In this document: positions 39,711 to 50,041 of the stretch, piece after piece | Numbering within the stretch: the stretch's first letter is position 1 | How the letters are laid out: every line of letters begins with the position of its first letter | Origin: Desulfobacterales bacterium | GTDB lineage: Bacteria > Desulfobacterota > Desulfobacteria > Desulfobacterales > UBA5852 | Assembly: GCA_963674755.2 (NCBI GenBank) | Contig: CAXXVS010000002.1 | Span: 352,001 to 416,000 of the forward strand | Length of the DNA: 64,000 nucleotides | Direction of reading: 5' to 3' | Made by a program: the position numbers and the translations under genes | Notes under the pieces: model-generated | Database searches by the model: none | What the model was told of the DNA's origin: nothing | What the model saw: the letters and a program-made list of their open reading frames with translations, nothing else

Positions 39711-39840
39711 AGTTCGGGCGACGCCCGGCGTTGCCCTGGCGTCAAGCCATTGCGACCAATGGCCGCAGCACCGGTTTTTTTTAAGTCGATGCATGATGAA
39801 AACCTCCAACAAGGACGTATGAAGGAGTGCTTCAAGAATT

Positions 39841-40563
39841 ATGACTGACATGACCCGTGCCCAACTGGAAACACTTTTAAGTTTGCAGGAAATTGAACTG
39901 CAAAAATTGGAAGTTCAAAAGATTCTTGATGCCGTGGCCGCCAAAGTGGACGCCCTGGATCAAGAGCTCAACGATTTTGTGCGGGTCATCGAAAAAGATC
40001 GGGGCGCTTTGTCGGAATTAAAAGAGCGCTACCGCGATTTCGATGAACAGATTCGGGTAAATACCATCCTGATCGATAAGATCGAAGCCAAACGGCGCTC
40101 CGTGAAGACCAATCGGGAATACGAGTCCCTCCTTAAAGAAGAAGAACAGTTGCGTACGCGTAAATCCCAGGTCGAGGAGGAGATGTTGGCCTGTATGACC
40201 GAAATGGAGAGCCTGGAGAAGAAAATCGAGCAACTCGAAGCGGAACATCACCAGCTTGACGAGCAGGTAACCGAAGACAAGCGGGCGGTGAAGGCGGAAG
40301 CATCTGAGAGTGAAACCCGTTTTGTCGATCTTACCCGCGAAGTAGCGGCCGTAGAAGCTGAAATCGCACCCACGGTTTTGAAAACCTTTGTCAAAATAAA
40401 GAAAATGACCCCGGACGGCAAGGCATTGGCACCCGCCCGCAACTCGGTTTGCATGGGCTGCCATATGAACATCCCGCCCCAGATGTTCAACGAGCTGCAG
40501 CGCTTTGACAGCTTGAAATTGTGCCCTTTCTGTAGTAGAATTTTATATTGGGATAAAGCCTAA
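39841..40563 (+). CDS. Coiled-coil protein with C4-type zinc ribbon (DUF164)
   Basis: Long coiled coil, 'VKTNREYESL', CMGCHMNIPPQ...CPFCSRILY. Confidence 0.92.
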   Translation: MTDMTRAQLETLLSLQEIELQKLEVQKILDAVAAKVDALDQELNDFVRVIEKDRGALSELKERYRDFDEQIRVNTILIDKIEAKRRSVKTNREYESLLKEEEQLRTRKSQVEEEMLACMTEMESLEKKIEQLEAEHHQLDEQVTEDKRAVKAEASESETRFVDLTREVAAVEAEIAPTVLKTFVKIKKMTPDGKALAPARNSVCMGCHMNIPPQMFNELQRFDSLKLCPFCSRILYWDKA

Positions 40564-40613
40564 GAAGATCCATCAGAGCCAGCGGCCAGAAGACTTTTTG
40601 TGCGGCCGCCGGT

Positions 40614-40999
<386 letters not shown>

Positions 41000-41089
41000 G
41001 CCGGCATCTCCGTGAATATGAACCATGTGCTGCCAATGGCACCGTACACTGCACATCCGGCAGCCTTCCAAAGCGCATGTAGTGACACT

Positions 41090-42397
41090 ATGAATACGCC
41101 CCCCGAACCAGCGATATCGTTCATCGAGAAGGTACGCATTTTTTCCCATGATTATCTGCGCTGCTGTGAATATATTCGTGCCTCCCAGGGCGAGCGCGCC
41201 TTTTTTACCAAAAAGCTTTACTCCAAACTGATCAGCACAACCCAATTGATGGAAGATTTTCTCGACTTCCACGGAGCGAAGAATAACAACGACTGGTATT
41301 ACTATCGCGAACTCACGGCGACCGTACGCCATCTCAGCCTGGGGGCCTATTCACAGAAGCATATGGCCAACCGCCTGGTATACTATGACTTGCAGGATCC
41401 CAAAGAATTCGAATCGCAGGGCGAGCGTACCCTGAATTTTCTCAATGATTGTCTATGCAAACTGGCACCGGTGATCATCACCGAGGCCCAGCGGCTGAAT
41501 ATCCCGTCTCCAGGGAAAGGATTCGACCCCACGAAGTTTCCAACCATCACTTCCACGGGGCTGCTGGACTACGATATCGATGACGAGAACAAGGATCTGC
41601 AGAAAAAGCATATCGTCAAGATTGCCAGCGAGTTTTTAAATATCTGCCAGAAATTCGACCAGCTCGGCTTCTACGAGCCTTATCCCTTGGATAAAATCCT
41701 GACGATCGTGCCTGATAAGGTCAACGAAGTCGAAATCCGACGGTTTGAAATGCTGGTGCATAATCTGCAGTCCGCCTTCGATTCCTATGTGATTCACGGC
41801 GGCTATCGTTTCGGCAACCGCAAACTCAAGCAATTGCGCAGCCATTTTTCCGTCGTATTCCATCTGATGCAGCTCATCGGCCGCCTGCTTCATTTTTATG
41901 AGCGCCACCTTCACAAAACCAGTTTCAAGAATATCTACCAACAGGTCCAGGAGCGCCTTGCCGGCCTGGTAAACCCTGAAACCCTGCTCGACCGCACCAT
42001 CAATTACGGCCTGTTTTACGCCTGTCATTTTTTGACGACCGGAAAACAACTGGCCCAGGAAATCCTCAACGAAAATATCGAACGTGGTTCCATCACGGTG
42101 GGAATCCCGGTCAAACTGGGTTTTCACAGCCGCCCCAGCCTGCTCGTGGCCAAGATCGTGCAGCATTTCGGGGGGCAGGTGGAATTGTGCATCGGTGCGG
42201 ATCGCTTCGATGCCAGCAGTGTGCTCGATATCCAATGGGCCGGTGGGAAAGTCAACAAGGAAGATATCAGGGAAGTCGTCTTCGAAGGGGATGTGCGCGC
42301 CCTGCGCGACATCGAGATCCTGGCCGGGGTAAATTATGGCGAAGACACCATGGGAAAGGGCGTTCCTCTCCCGAAGGAACTCCTTTATCTGCGCTGA
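41090..42397 (+). CDS. Large protein with C-terminal HPr-like phosphocarrier domain
   Basis: 'LGFHSRPSLLVAKIV' (HPr GLHARPA-like) and 'DASSVLDI' (NAKSIM-like) at the C-terminus; about 330 aa of unassigned N-terminal sequence. Confidence 0.85.
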   Translation: MNTPPEPAISFIEKVRIFSHDYLRCCEYIRASQGERAFFTKKLYSKLISTTQLMEDFLDFHGAKNNNDWYYYRELTATVRHLSLGAYSQKHMANRLVYYDLQDPKEFESQGERTLNFLNDCLCKLAPVIITEAQRLNIPSPGKGFDPTKFPTITSTGLLDYDIDDENKDLQKKHIVKIASEFLNICQKFDQLGFYEPYPLDKILTIVPDKVNEVEIRRFEMLVHNLQSAFDSYVIHGGYRFGNRKLKQLRSHFSVVFHLMQLIGRLLHFYERHLHKTSFKNIYQQVQERLAGLVNPETLLDRTINYGLFYACHFLTTGKQLAQEILNENIERGSITVGIPVKLGFHSRPSLLVAKIVQHFGGQVELCIGADRFDASSVLDIQWAGGKVNKEDIREVVFEGDVRALRDIEILAGVNYGEDTMGKGVPLPKELLYLR

Positions 42398-42470
42398 TAG
42401 CGCCCCCCAGGACCATGGCGCTTTCGACTGGCCGTTTTCCGCTTAGACACGGGCTACTCGTCATTCTTCA

Positions 42471-43187
42471 ATGAGCATACCCATGAACGCTGCCATCATC
42501 GTCGCCGCCGGTCAGGGGTCCCGGATGGGCGGAACGCTCAGCAAACAATACCTGCCTCTGGACGGCGCGCCGATTCTGCGGCGAACGATCGATGCTTTCA
42601 TCGACAGCGCGCTTTTCAACGAGATTATTGCCGTGGTGGCGGCCGATGACATCGATTACTGCCGTGAGCACGTCCTGAAGGGGTTGCCCCCGGCCTTGCC
42701 CCTGCGTCTTGTGGCCGGTGGCCGGGAGCGCCAGGAGAGTGTCTGCAATGGGCTGAAAGCCCTGGGCGGCCGGGACGACGATGCGGTGCTCATCCACGAC
42801 GGTGTGCGGCCCTTTGTTTCGGTTGAAGCCCTGGCACGTTGCCTCGCAACAGTGCAGCTTCACGGTGCCGGCATTCTGGCCGTTCCGGTCCGGGACACCC
42901 TGAAAGTCGCGGATGAAGACGGCTGCATTGCCAAAACGTTTAACCGGGCTGGCACCTGGCAGGCCCAGACGCCCCAGGGGTTTCGTCTGGGATTGATCAG
43001 AGAAGCCCATCGCCGGGCCCGGGAGGAGAATTTTTGCGGCACCGACGATGCCCAGTTGGTGGAACGCCTGGGGCGGCGGGTAATGATCGTGGCGGGCCAA
43101 CGGAGCAACATCAAGATCACCACCCCGGAGGATCTGATTCTGGCGGAAGCCATATGGCGGCATGGTCGAGGTGACGTAAAGACCTAA
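42471..43187 (+). CDS. ispD: 2-C-methyl-D-erythritol 4-phosphate cytidylyltransferase
   Basis: AAGQGSRM, KQYL, GGRERQESV, IHDGVRP, AQTPQGF, TDDA, NIKITTPED. Confidence 0.96.
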   Translation: MSIPMNAAIIVAAGQGSRMGGTLSKQYLPLDGAPILRRTIDAFIDSALFNEIIAVVAADDIDYCREHVLKGLPPALPLRLVAGGRERQESVCNGLKALGGRDDDAVLIHDGVRPFVSVEALARCLATVQLHGAGILAVPVRDTLKVADEDGCIAKTFNRAGTWQAQTPQGFRLGLIREAHRRAREENFCGTDDAQLVERLGRRVMIVAGQRSNIKITTPEDLILAEAIWRHGRGDVKT

Positions 43188-43334
43188 GCGAAGCTGTATT
43201 CGTTTTGATCAAACCCTCTACCTCTGATGGAAGCCCCGGAGAGGTTGCAGCGAAAACCTAAAAAGCCGTTTTCAAGCCCCTGCCAAGGGGGCTACCGGAA
43301 GCCTTCTGCTATACGTGCGAAGACTCACTAGTTA

Positions 43335-43817
43335 TTATTCGGTAGTGGTCAGACAGCGCCACACAAGAGCTACCAGAGTCGACAGAACGCATTCGACTTC
43401 CGGAGAAAACACGTCCCCGGGATTGAAACGGGTGCCCGTAAGCGAATACATTTGCGCCGGTGGGAATTTCCCATAGAGCCATCGGCTGAGGGCCAGAAGG
43501 GTGGGGGGCGTCACGGCATGGCCGATGGGGGGAAGCGGGCTCTCCCCCGGAACTAGCGGTATGCATGTCACTTCCCCAGGCCTGCCCTTTAGTCGTGCAT
43601 CCACGAAAACCACCAGTTCAGACCGGCTGATCGGTTCCGCCAGGTCAGGCGTAAGCTGGTGGCACACGACAATCCGAGTGTGCGCGGGGGGCTTTTTTTC
43701 TTCCAGACACCGCCCGATGTGCCACCCCACCCCGTCGTCGCCGCACAACGGATTACCAAAACAGATCACGAGACGCCTTCCGCCTCCTGCCGTCCCGTTT
43801 CTATCGTGAACCGTCAT
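43335..43817 (-). CDS. hoxW: Hydrogenase maturation protease
   Basis: 'FGNPLCGDDGVG', 'HQLTPDLAE', 'VFVDA'. Confidence 0.88.
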   Translation of the reverse strand: MTVHDRNGTAGGGRRLVICFGNPLCGDDGVGWHIGRCLEEKKPPAHTRIVVCHQLTPDLAEPISRSELVVFVDARLKGRPGEVTCIPLVPGESPLPPIGHAVTPPTLLALSRWLYGKFPPAQMYSLTGTRFNPGDVFSPEVECVLSTLVALVWRCLTTTE

Positions 43818-45222
43818 ACAGCGTACGACCCTCCGCGTCCATAATGTGCAGTGTTGCCCAGGGGCGGTCCCAGGCATGGGTCGAGCAGCTCAGACAGGGG
43901 TCGAAAGCACGGATGACCGCCTCGATCCGGTTGAGGGCCCCTTCCGATGGTTCGGGACCCTGGATGACGTGTCGGGCGACCTGCAAGACACCGCGGTTGA
44001 TGGCCAGGTTGTTGTGGCCGGTGGCCACGATCAGATTGACCCAGGTGATCAGGCCCAGATCGTCCACCCGGTAGTGATGGATGAGGGTGCCCCGGGGGGC
44101 TTCGGTGACCCCGATGCCTTCGCCGTAGTTGGGTTCGGCCAGGGCGCGGACCCGCCGGTTGGTAATCCGGGGATCCTGCAGAAGCCGATCCACCGTCTCC
44201 AAGGCATACAGGATTTCCACGAGGCGGGCGTAGTGATTGAAAAAAGCGCTCAGCACCGCCCCGCGCGCCAGGGCGCGGAACTCGGCCCACTCCTGGTCGG
44301 CCAGGGGGGTTCCGCAGCCGTTGCAGACATTGAGGCGCGCGGCCGGCCCCACCCGGTAGATGCCCTCGGGGTAGCCCATCGACCGGTAATAGGGGGATTT
44401 CAGATAGGACCAGGGCTCCACATGCTCTTCCATAAAATCCCCATAGGTTTCGGGGGCAATTTGATCGACCAGGATATTGCCACGGGCATCCGTGAAGCGC
44501 AGGCACCCGTCCAGATGTTCGAGGGTTCCGTCCGGCGCCACCAAGCCCAGGAAAAGGGAAGGGAAGTTGGCAAAGGTACGGATTTCCTCCCGATAGTCTT
44601 CGAAGCGGCGTTTGAACCAGACCACATTGCGCTGGGTGATGGTGATGGCTTCCGGTATGAGAGCGAGCATGGCCTGACGCCGGGGTTCGTCCAGGGGCGT
44701 ACTTACACCGCCGGGCACCACCCAGGCCGGATGAATGCGTTTGCCGGCCAGGGCGGCGATCATGATCTGTCCGATCTGCCGCAGGCGGATGCCGTCGCGC
44801 GCCACAGCGGGGTGATCCTGCAGGAGGCCGAGCACATTGCGGCGTGCCGGATCGGCGTCCAGGCCGAAAATCAGATCCGGGGAGGAAAGATGGAAGAAGC
44901 TCAAGGCATGGGACTGGATCAGCTGGGCACAATTGAGCAGCCGTCGCAAATCCTGACCCGTCCGGGGGACCCGGACGCCCAGAATGGCATCGCAGGCTTT
45001 TGCTGAAGCCAGGGAATGGCTTATGGGGCAGATGCCGCAGATGCGTTCCACCAGGGAGGGCATTTCATAGAAGGGACGCCCCTCGCAGAACTTTTCAAAC
45101 CCCCGGAACTGGGTAACCTGAAAGCGGGCATCGGCGACTTTGCCGGCTTCGTCCAGCTGAATGGTGATTTTACCATGCCCCTCGATGCGGGTGACAGGAT
45201 CGATAACGATGGTCGATGCCAT
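43801..45222 (-). CDS. hoxH: Bidirectional [NiFe] hydrogenase large subunit (group 3d)
   Basis: [31 protein letters not shown] plus cleavable C-terminal tail. Confidence 0.95.
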   Translation of the reverse strand: MASTIVIDPVTRIEGHGKITIQLDEAGKVADARFQVTQFRGFEKFCEGRPFYEMPSLVERICGICPISHSLASAKACDAILGVRVPRTGQDLRRLLNCAQLIQSHALSFFHLSSPDLIFGLDADPARRNVLGLLQDHPAVARDGIRLRQIGQIMIAALAGKRIHPAWVVPGGVSTPLDEPRRQAMLALIPEAITITQRNVVWFKRRFEDYREEIRTFANFPSLFLGLVAPDGTLEHLDGCLRFTDARGNILVDQIAPETYGDFMEEHVEPWSYLKSPYYRSMGYPEGIYRVGPAARLNVCNGCGTPLADQEWAEFRALARGAVLSAFFNHYARLVEILYALETVDRLLQDPRITNRRVRALAEPNYGEGIGVTEAPRGTLIHHYRVDDLGLITWVNLIVATGHNNLAINRGVLQVARHVIQGPEPSEGALNRIEAVIRAFDPCLSCSTHAWDRPWATLHIMDAEGRTLYDGSR

Positions 45223-45258
45223 GGTGCAACCTCCCCGGTATGGATCCCCAAACGGTTG

Positions 45259-45792
45259 TCAGGCGCCGAAACGGCTGTGGCCCGTCAGGTCCGGCAGATG
45301 CCCCTCCAGAAGCGAAGACAGCAGAAAGAAAATGGCCTCGGCCGGCGGTGGACAGCCCGGCAAAAAGGCGTCTACCTTGACATGGGCATGGACCGGCCGG
45401 ACCTGGCGCAGCAGCGCCGGGAGATCTTCACCGGGCGGCCCCGGCGACTCCCGGACGTTTTCCATGTAGGCGCGAGCCAGCACTTCCCCCCGGTCGAAAC
45501 GATTGCGCATGCCCGATACATTGGCGGTCACCGCGCAATCCCCGAGGGCCACCAGGAGGCGGGAACAGGACCGCAGATGAAGCAGTTTCTCCCGGTCGGC
45601 CGTGGTGGCCACGGCCCCCTCCACCAGCAGGACGTCGATTTGCGCGGGCACGTCATGGACATCCACCAACGGGCTGTAAACCAGATCGATCTGCCCGGCA
45701 ATGTCGGCCAGGCGATCATCGATATCCAGCAAGGACATGTGGCAGCCCGAGCATCCGTCGAGCCAAACGGTCGCCAGACGCACTTTTTCCAT
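45259..45792 (-). CDS. hoxY: Hydrogenase small subunit
   Basis: ATVWLDGCSGCHMS, GDCA, LPGCPP. Confidence 0.94.
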   Translation of the reverse strand: MEKVRLATVWLDGCSGCHMSLLDIDDRLADIAGQIDLVYSPLVDVHDVPAQIDVLLVEGAVATTADREKLLHLRSCSRLLVALGDCAVTANVSGMRNRFDRGEVLARAYMENVRESPGPPGEDLPALLRQVRPVHAHVKVDAFLPGCPPPAEAIFFLLSSLLEGHLPDLTGHSRFGA

Positions 45793-45819
45793 GACGCTCC
45801 CCTTTACGTTATGGATCCA

Positions 45820-46584
45820 TCAGTGGAGTTCCTCCCGCCGCATGAGATGCAGATAGGGCAGGAAATCCCGGCGTTTTTTCATTTCCGCTACCGAGCGGCC
45901 TTTTTCCGTCAGGGCACCGGTGGGGCAGACTTCCACACATTTGCCGCAGCCGGTGCAGGTTTCGGAAGACCCCCAGGGCTGGTTCATATCGGTAATGACC
46001 TGGGCCGTGATGCCGCGCCGCATGATATCCCAGGTATGGGCCCCCTCGATCTCGTCGCAGACGCGTACACAGCGCAGGCAGAGCACACAGCGGTTGTGGT
46101 CGACCGAAAAACGGGGATGGGAGGCGTCCACCGTATGGCGGGCATTCCGGTAGGCATAGCGCACATGGGTCATCCCGAGCTGAGTGGCCAGGTCCTGGAG
46201 GTCGCAGTGGCCGTTGGAAACGCAGACCGAACAGACATGGTTGCGCTCGCTGAAAATGAGTTCCAGGATTTGGCGGCGGTAGTCGCGCACCCGTTCGGTG
46301 GCGGTAAAGACCTCCATCCCTTCGCGCACGAGGGTGACGCAGGCGGCAGCCAGGCGCGCCATGCCCTTGATTTCCACCAGGCACAGGCGGCAGGCGCCGC
46401 GTTCGGACAGGCCTTCCAGATGGCAGAGGGTCGGTATCGTGATGCCGTTCTGGCGCGCCACAGATAAGATGGTTTCATCTTCCCGGGCCGTCACGTCGCC
46501 TTCGTCGATCTTGAGGGTCAGCAGACGCCGGGGATTGACGTCGGTCCGGGGGCGCTGAGCCGGGGGGCGGTCGATGATCGTCAT
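45820..46584 (-). CDS. hoxU: Diaphorase Fe-S subunit
   Basis: [61 protein letters not shown] overlap with hoxF. Confidence 0.93.
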   Translation of the reverse strand: MTIIDRPPAQRPRTDVNPRRLLTLKIDEGDVTAREDETILSVARQNGITIPTLCHLEGLSERGACRLCLVEIKGMARLAAACVTLVREGMEVFTATERVRDYRRQILELIFSERNHVCSVCVSNGHCDLQDLATQLGMTHVRYAYRNARHTVDASHPRFSVDHNRCVLCLRCVRVCDEIEGAHTWDIMRRGITAQVITDMNQPWGSSETCTGCGKCVEVCPTGALTEKGRSVAEMKKRRDFLPYLHLMRREELH

Positions 46585-48233
46585 AGGACCTCCTCGAGGT
46601 CGGCCATGCGGCAGGCACCAGCCGGACAGACGCGCTCCGTGATGTGGGCGGTGTACTCGTCCTTGAAGTAGCGCAGCGTACTGAGCACCGGATTGGGAGC
46701 GGTCTGGCCCAGTCCGCACAAGCTTGTGTGCCGCACGAGGTCGCAAAGCTCTTCCAAAAGAGCAAGATCTTCGGGGCGGGCTTCGCCCCGGGTGATGCTG
46801 TCGAGCAGATGGTAGATCTGGGCGGTTCCCACCCGGCAGGGCGCGCATTTGCCGCATGATTCGGACATGCAGAATTCGATGAAGAATTTGGCCACGTCCA
46901 CCATGCAGGAGGTTTCGTCCATGACGATCATGCCCCCGGATCCCATGATGGAGCCCACCTGGGCCAGGGATTCATAATCCACCGGCATGTCGATGTAGTC
47001 TTCGGGGATGCAGCCTCCGGACGGTCCGCCCGTTTGGACCGCCTTGAAGCGGCGCCCCTCGGGGATTCCGCCGCCGATGTCGAACACGATTTCCCGCAGG
47101 GAAGTCCCCATGGGGACTTCGATCAGCCCGGTATTGCAGACCCGGCCGGCCAGGGCGAACACCTTGGTGCCCTTGCTCTTGGCCGTTCCGATGCCGGCAA
47201 ACCACTGGCCGCCCCTGAGAATGATCGTGCGGATGTTGGCAAAGGTCTCCACGTTGTTGATCAGGGTGGGGCAGCCCCACAGGCCGAACTCGGCCGGAAA
47301 GGGCGGCCGCGGCCGCGGACGGCCCAGGCGCCCCTCGATGGACGCGATCAGCGCGGTCTCTTCACCGCACACAAAGGCGCCCGCCCCCAGCCGGATCTTG
47401 ACCTCAAAGCTGAAGGGCGTGTTGAAGATCTCCTTGCCCAGCAGACCCAGCCGTTCCGCCTGGGCGATGGCGGTCCGCAGCCGTTTGACCGCCAGGGGAT
47501 ATTCGGCGCGCACGTAAATGTAGCCCTTGCTGGCGCCGACCGCATAGCCTGCGATGGCCATGCCCTCGAGGACCCGCTGGGGATCGCTTTCAAGCACGCT
47601 GCGGTCCATGAACGCCCCAGGATCCCCCTCGTCGGCGTTGCAGATGACATACTTTTCGCCGTCCATGGCCTTGGCCACGGCCGTCCACTTAAGACCCGTG
47701 GGATAGCCTGCCCCGCCGCGGCCCCGCAGGCCGCTGGTGACGATCTGATCGATGACCTCGCGCGGGGTCATTTCCCGCAGGGCCTGATAGAGGGCGGCAT
47801 AACCCTCGGCCGCGATATAGTCCTCGATGCGCTCCGGATCGATGCGGCCGCAGTTTTCCAGCACGATCTTCTGCTGCCGTTTAAAGAAATAGGCCTGGTC
47901 GCCGGCGTCGATGCGGGGAACCGGACTGCCGCCCAGGGCATCCAGAATGTCGCCCACATCCGCCACCTGGACGCTGTGGTAGAGAATGTTCGCCGGTTCG
48001 ATTGCGATCAGGGGGCCGCCTTTGCAAAGGCCCAAACAGCCGACGCCTTTGACCTGGCACCAATGTTCGATGCCGCGGCGGCTGATCTCCTTCTGGAAGG
48101 CCTCCATGACCGCTCCGCTCTGGCAGGAGAGGCAGCCGGCCGCAAGGCACACGTTGATGCGATGGGCATAGCCCTGTTGGCGGTCCTGCTCGATCCGGGC
48201 GATGCTGTCCAGTTCTTCAAGGGTCATCGTCAT
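46581..48233 (-). CDS. hoxF: Diaphorase flavoprotein subunit (NuoF-like)
   Basis: N-terminal thioredoxin-like 2Fe-2S domain, [41 protein letters not shown]. Confidence 0.95.
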   Translation of the reverse strand: MTMTLEELDSIARIEQDRQQGYAHRINVCLAAGCLSCQSGAVMEAFQKEISRRGIEHWCQVKGVGCLGLCKGGPLIAIEPANILYHSVQVADVGDILDALGGSPVPRIDAGDQAYFFKRQQKIVLENCGRIDPERIEDYIAAEGYAALYQALREMTPREVIDQIVTSGLRGRGGAGYPTGLKWTAVAKAMDGEKYVICNADEGDPGAFMDRSVLESDPQRVLEGMAIAGYAVGASKGYIYVRAEYPLAVKRLRTAIAQAERLGLLGKEIFNTPFSFEVKIRLGAGAFVCGEETALIASIEGRLGRPRPRPPFPAEFGLWGCPTLINNVETFANIRTIILRGGQWFAGIGTAKSKGTKVFALAGRVCNTGLIEVPMGTSLREIVFDIGGGIPEGRRFKAVQTGGPSGGCIPEDYIDMPVDYESLAQVGSIMGSGGMIVMDETSCMVDVAKFFIEFCMSESCGKCAPCRVGTAQIYHLLDSITRGEARPEDLALLEELCDLVRHTSLCGLGQTAPNPVLSTLRYFKDEYTAHITERVCPAGACRMADLEEVL

Positions 48234-48738
48234 GGCGGGTCCACCTCCCCAGTTTTTCCAATACCCCCTCGGGTGAGAGCTTGCCGGCCACCTCACCGTC
48301 GAACACCCCGGCCGGCGCCAGGCCGCAGGAGCCCAGGCAACGGGCCGTCACCAGGGACAGCCGATTGTCGGCGGTGGTCTCGCCCGGGGTGACATGATAG
48401 GTTTCCTGGACCTTTTCCAGAATGCCGGATGCGCCGCCGATGTAGCAGGCGGTTCCCATACAGATGACGCAGGTGTGGTCACCGGGCGGTTTCATGGAAA
48501 AGTAGTGGTAAAAGGTGGCCACTGCATAGACGCGGCTTAGCGGCACCTGCAATTGGGCGGCGACATAGCGCAGGGAATCCAGGTCCAGATAGCCGAAGCT
48601 TTCCTGTACGGCATGCAGGGTTTCGATCAAGGCATGGGGTTTGTGGCCATGGAGACGCATGGTGCGGTTGACCGTGCGCCACCGTCGATCCTCGGTGGGC
48701 TGGGGGGACGGGGCCGGCGGACTACTGGCAGTTGGCAT
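48217..48738 (-). CDS. hoxE: NuoE-like 2Fe-2S subunit
   Basis: '[15 protein letters not shown]', VATFY, CMGTAC, CLGSC. Confidence 0.92.
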   Translation of the reverse strand: MPTASSPPAPSPQPTEDRRWRTVNRTMRLHGHKPHALIETLHAVQESFGYLDLDSLRYVAAQLQVPLSRVYAVATFYHYFSMKPPGDHTCVICMGTACYIGGASGILEKVQETYHVTPGETTADNRLSLVTARCLGSCGLAPAGVFDGEVAGKLSPEGVLEKLGRWTRHDDDP

Positions 48739-48853
48739 GATGGTTTCCTTCCCGGAGTCGTCCATAGGTGAGGCCGCTTTTGGCCAACGGTTCGGTGGCG
48801 AACCATGGGGTTTTCCGGACAAACGCGCTGTGATGCCTGCCGCCTTTTAGTTA

Positions 48854-48869
48854 AGCAATTTCCATTCCA
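48854..48869 (-). promoter_or_regulatory. Candidate sigma54 promoter of the hox operon
   Basis: Minus strand TGGAATGGAAATTGCT = GG-N10-GC, about 115 nt upstream of hoxE. Confidence 0.65.
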
Positions 48870-49141
48870 AGAGAGACTCCCTTGCGCAAACACTGCTCTT
48901 GAAAATCCCGCCGGTAACCGCATCGTTTGCGCGCTCTATGGTAAACAGGGAACCAAACCCACGCGCCGATGTTCTTATCGGACTGATTTTATTTGGTAAG
49001 CCGATTGGAAGGTAGCTCCGCTCGGGATTAACAATGTGATGCGATCAGTGGCGAAGATAGGAGGCTTGGCTCCAGGCCGAGGGTGGTTGCCGCCCTGGCG
49101 AACAGGTGGATCATGCCGGGCGATCTTGTCCATGGGGAAGA

Positions 49142-49183
49142 AATTCGCAATTTTTAAATGTTCACTTAGAAAAATTGCGAATT
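49142..49183. repeat. Perfect 14-bp inverted repeat with 14-bp spacer
   Basis: AATTCGCAATTTTT-N14-AAAAATTGCGAATT, further flanked by CCATGGG/CCCATGG. Confidence 0.85.
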
Positions 49184-49217
49184 CCCGGCCCATGGCAATC
49201 CAATGCAAGGGGGGCGC

Positions 49218-49709
49218 TCAAAGGTAGGATTTGATTGCCGTGATGGTCTCTTCAGGGGTTGCTGTTTTTTTAAGCCGGCCCTGGGCTTGATATTTTGCGA
49301 AAAGATCGCCTGCTTCCATGCCCATCAGAACGACCGGTCGTCCATGTTTCAGCGCCAGGGCGATTTCCGATAAGGTACCTGCGCCGCCGGGGCAGGCCAC
49401 CATGACATGGCTGGACAGGGCATTGATATAATTGCGGGCGCTGCCCATACCCGTCAGGATGGGGATCTGGATGTAGGGGGACATGTGGCGGGTATCTGCA
49501 TCGGGCAGGATACCCACAGTAAGACCGCCCTGTTCGCAGGCCCCCCGGGCCGAGGCCTCCATGATACCGGCCCGGCGGCCGCCGTTTAACAGTATCCAGC
49601 CTTCGGCCGCGATGAGTCGGCCCAGCCGGTAGGCCCTTTCCGCCTGGGCCGCATCGGCACTTCCGCCGCCCATGACGCCGACGATGACGCGTTTGCCAAG
49701 AGTTGCCAT
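49218..49709 (-). CDS. TIGR00725/LOG-like Rossmann-fold protein
   Basis: VGVMGG, LNGG..GIMEA, TVGILP, TGMGSARN, GGAGTLSEI. Confidence 0.88.
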   Translation of the reverse strand: MATLGKRVIVGVMGGGSADAAQAERAYRLGRLIAAEGWILLNGGRRAGIMEASARGACEQGGLTVGILPDADTRHMSPYIQIPILTGMGSARNYINALSSHVMVACPGGAGTLSEIALALKHGRPVVLMGMEAGDLFAKYQAQGRLKKTATPEETITAIKSYL

Positions 49710-50041
49710 TTCAGGTTCTCGCTTTAGTATTATAGAGTAGGCTCCATCCCGAGATGGCATTTGGGGGCCCCGGACGGCGTCCCCGGTCATTGGACCGGAA
49801 CCCAAAGCGACCATCTCTGGACAAGCACTCGGTTAGGGGCTGATGGGTACTGCCTTCCTTGATATCGATGCCCAAGATGCGGAGGCCTGCCCGCTGAGAA
49901 ATGGATTTGTAACGTTTTAGCGAAGGGCGTATCCCTTATACCAGTCACAACGGACGATCACAATGGCTGGCGATAATGGCAGGCCAGCCTTAAACGAGGG
50001 GAACCGCCCCTAGCGACATCATGCACGAAGGAGGATGGATC

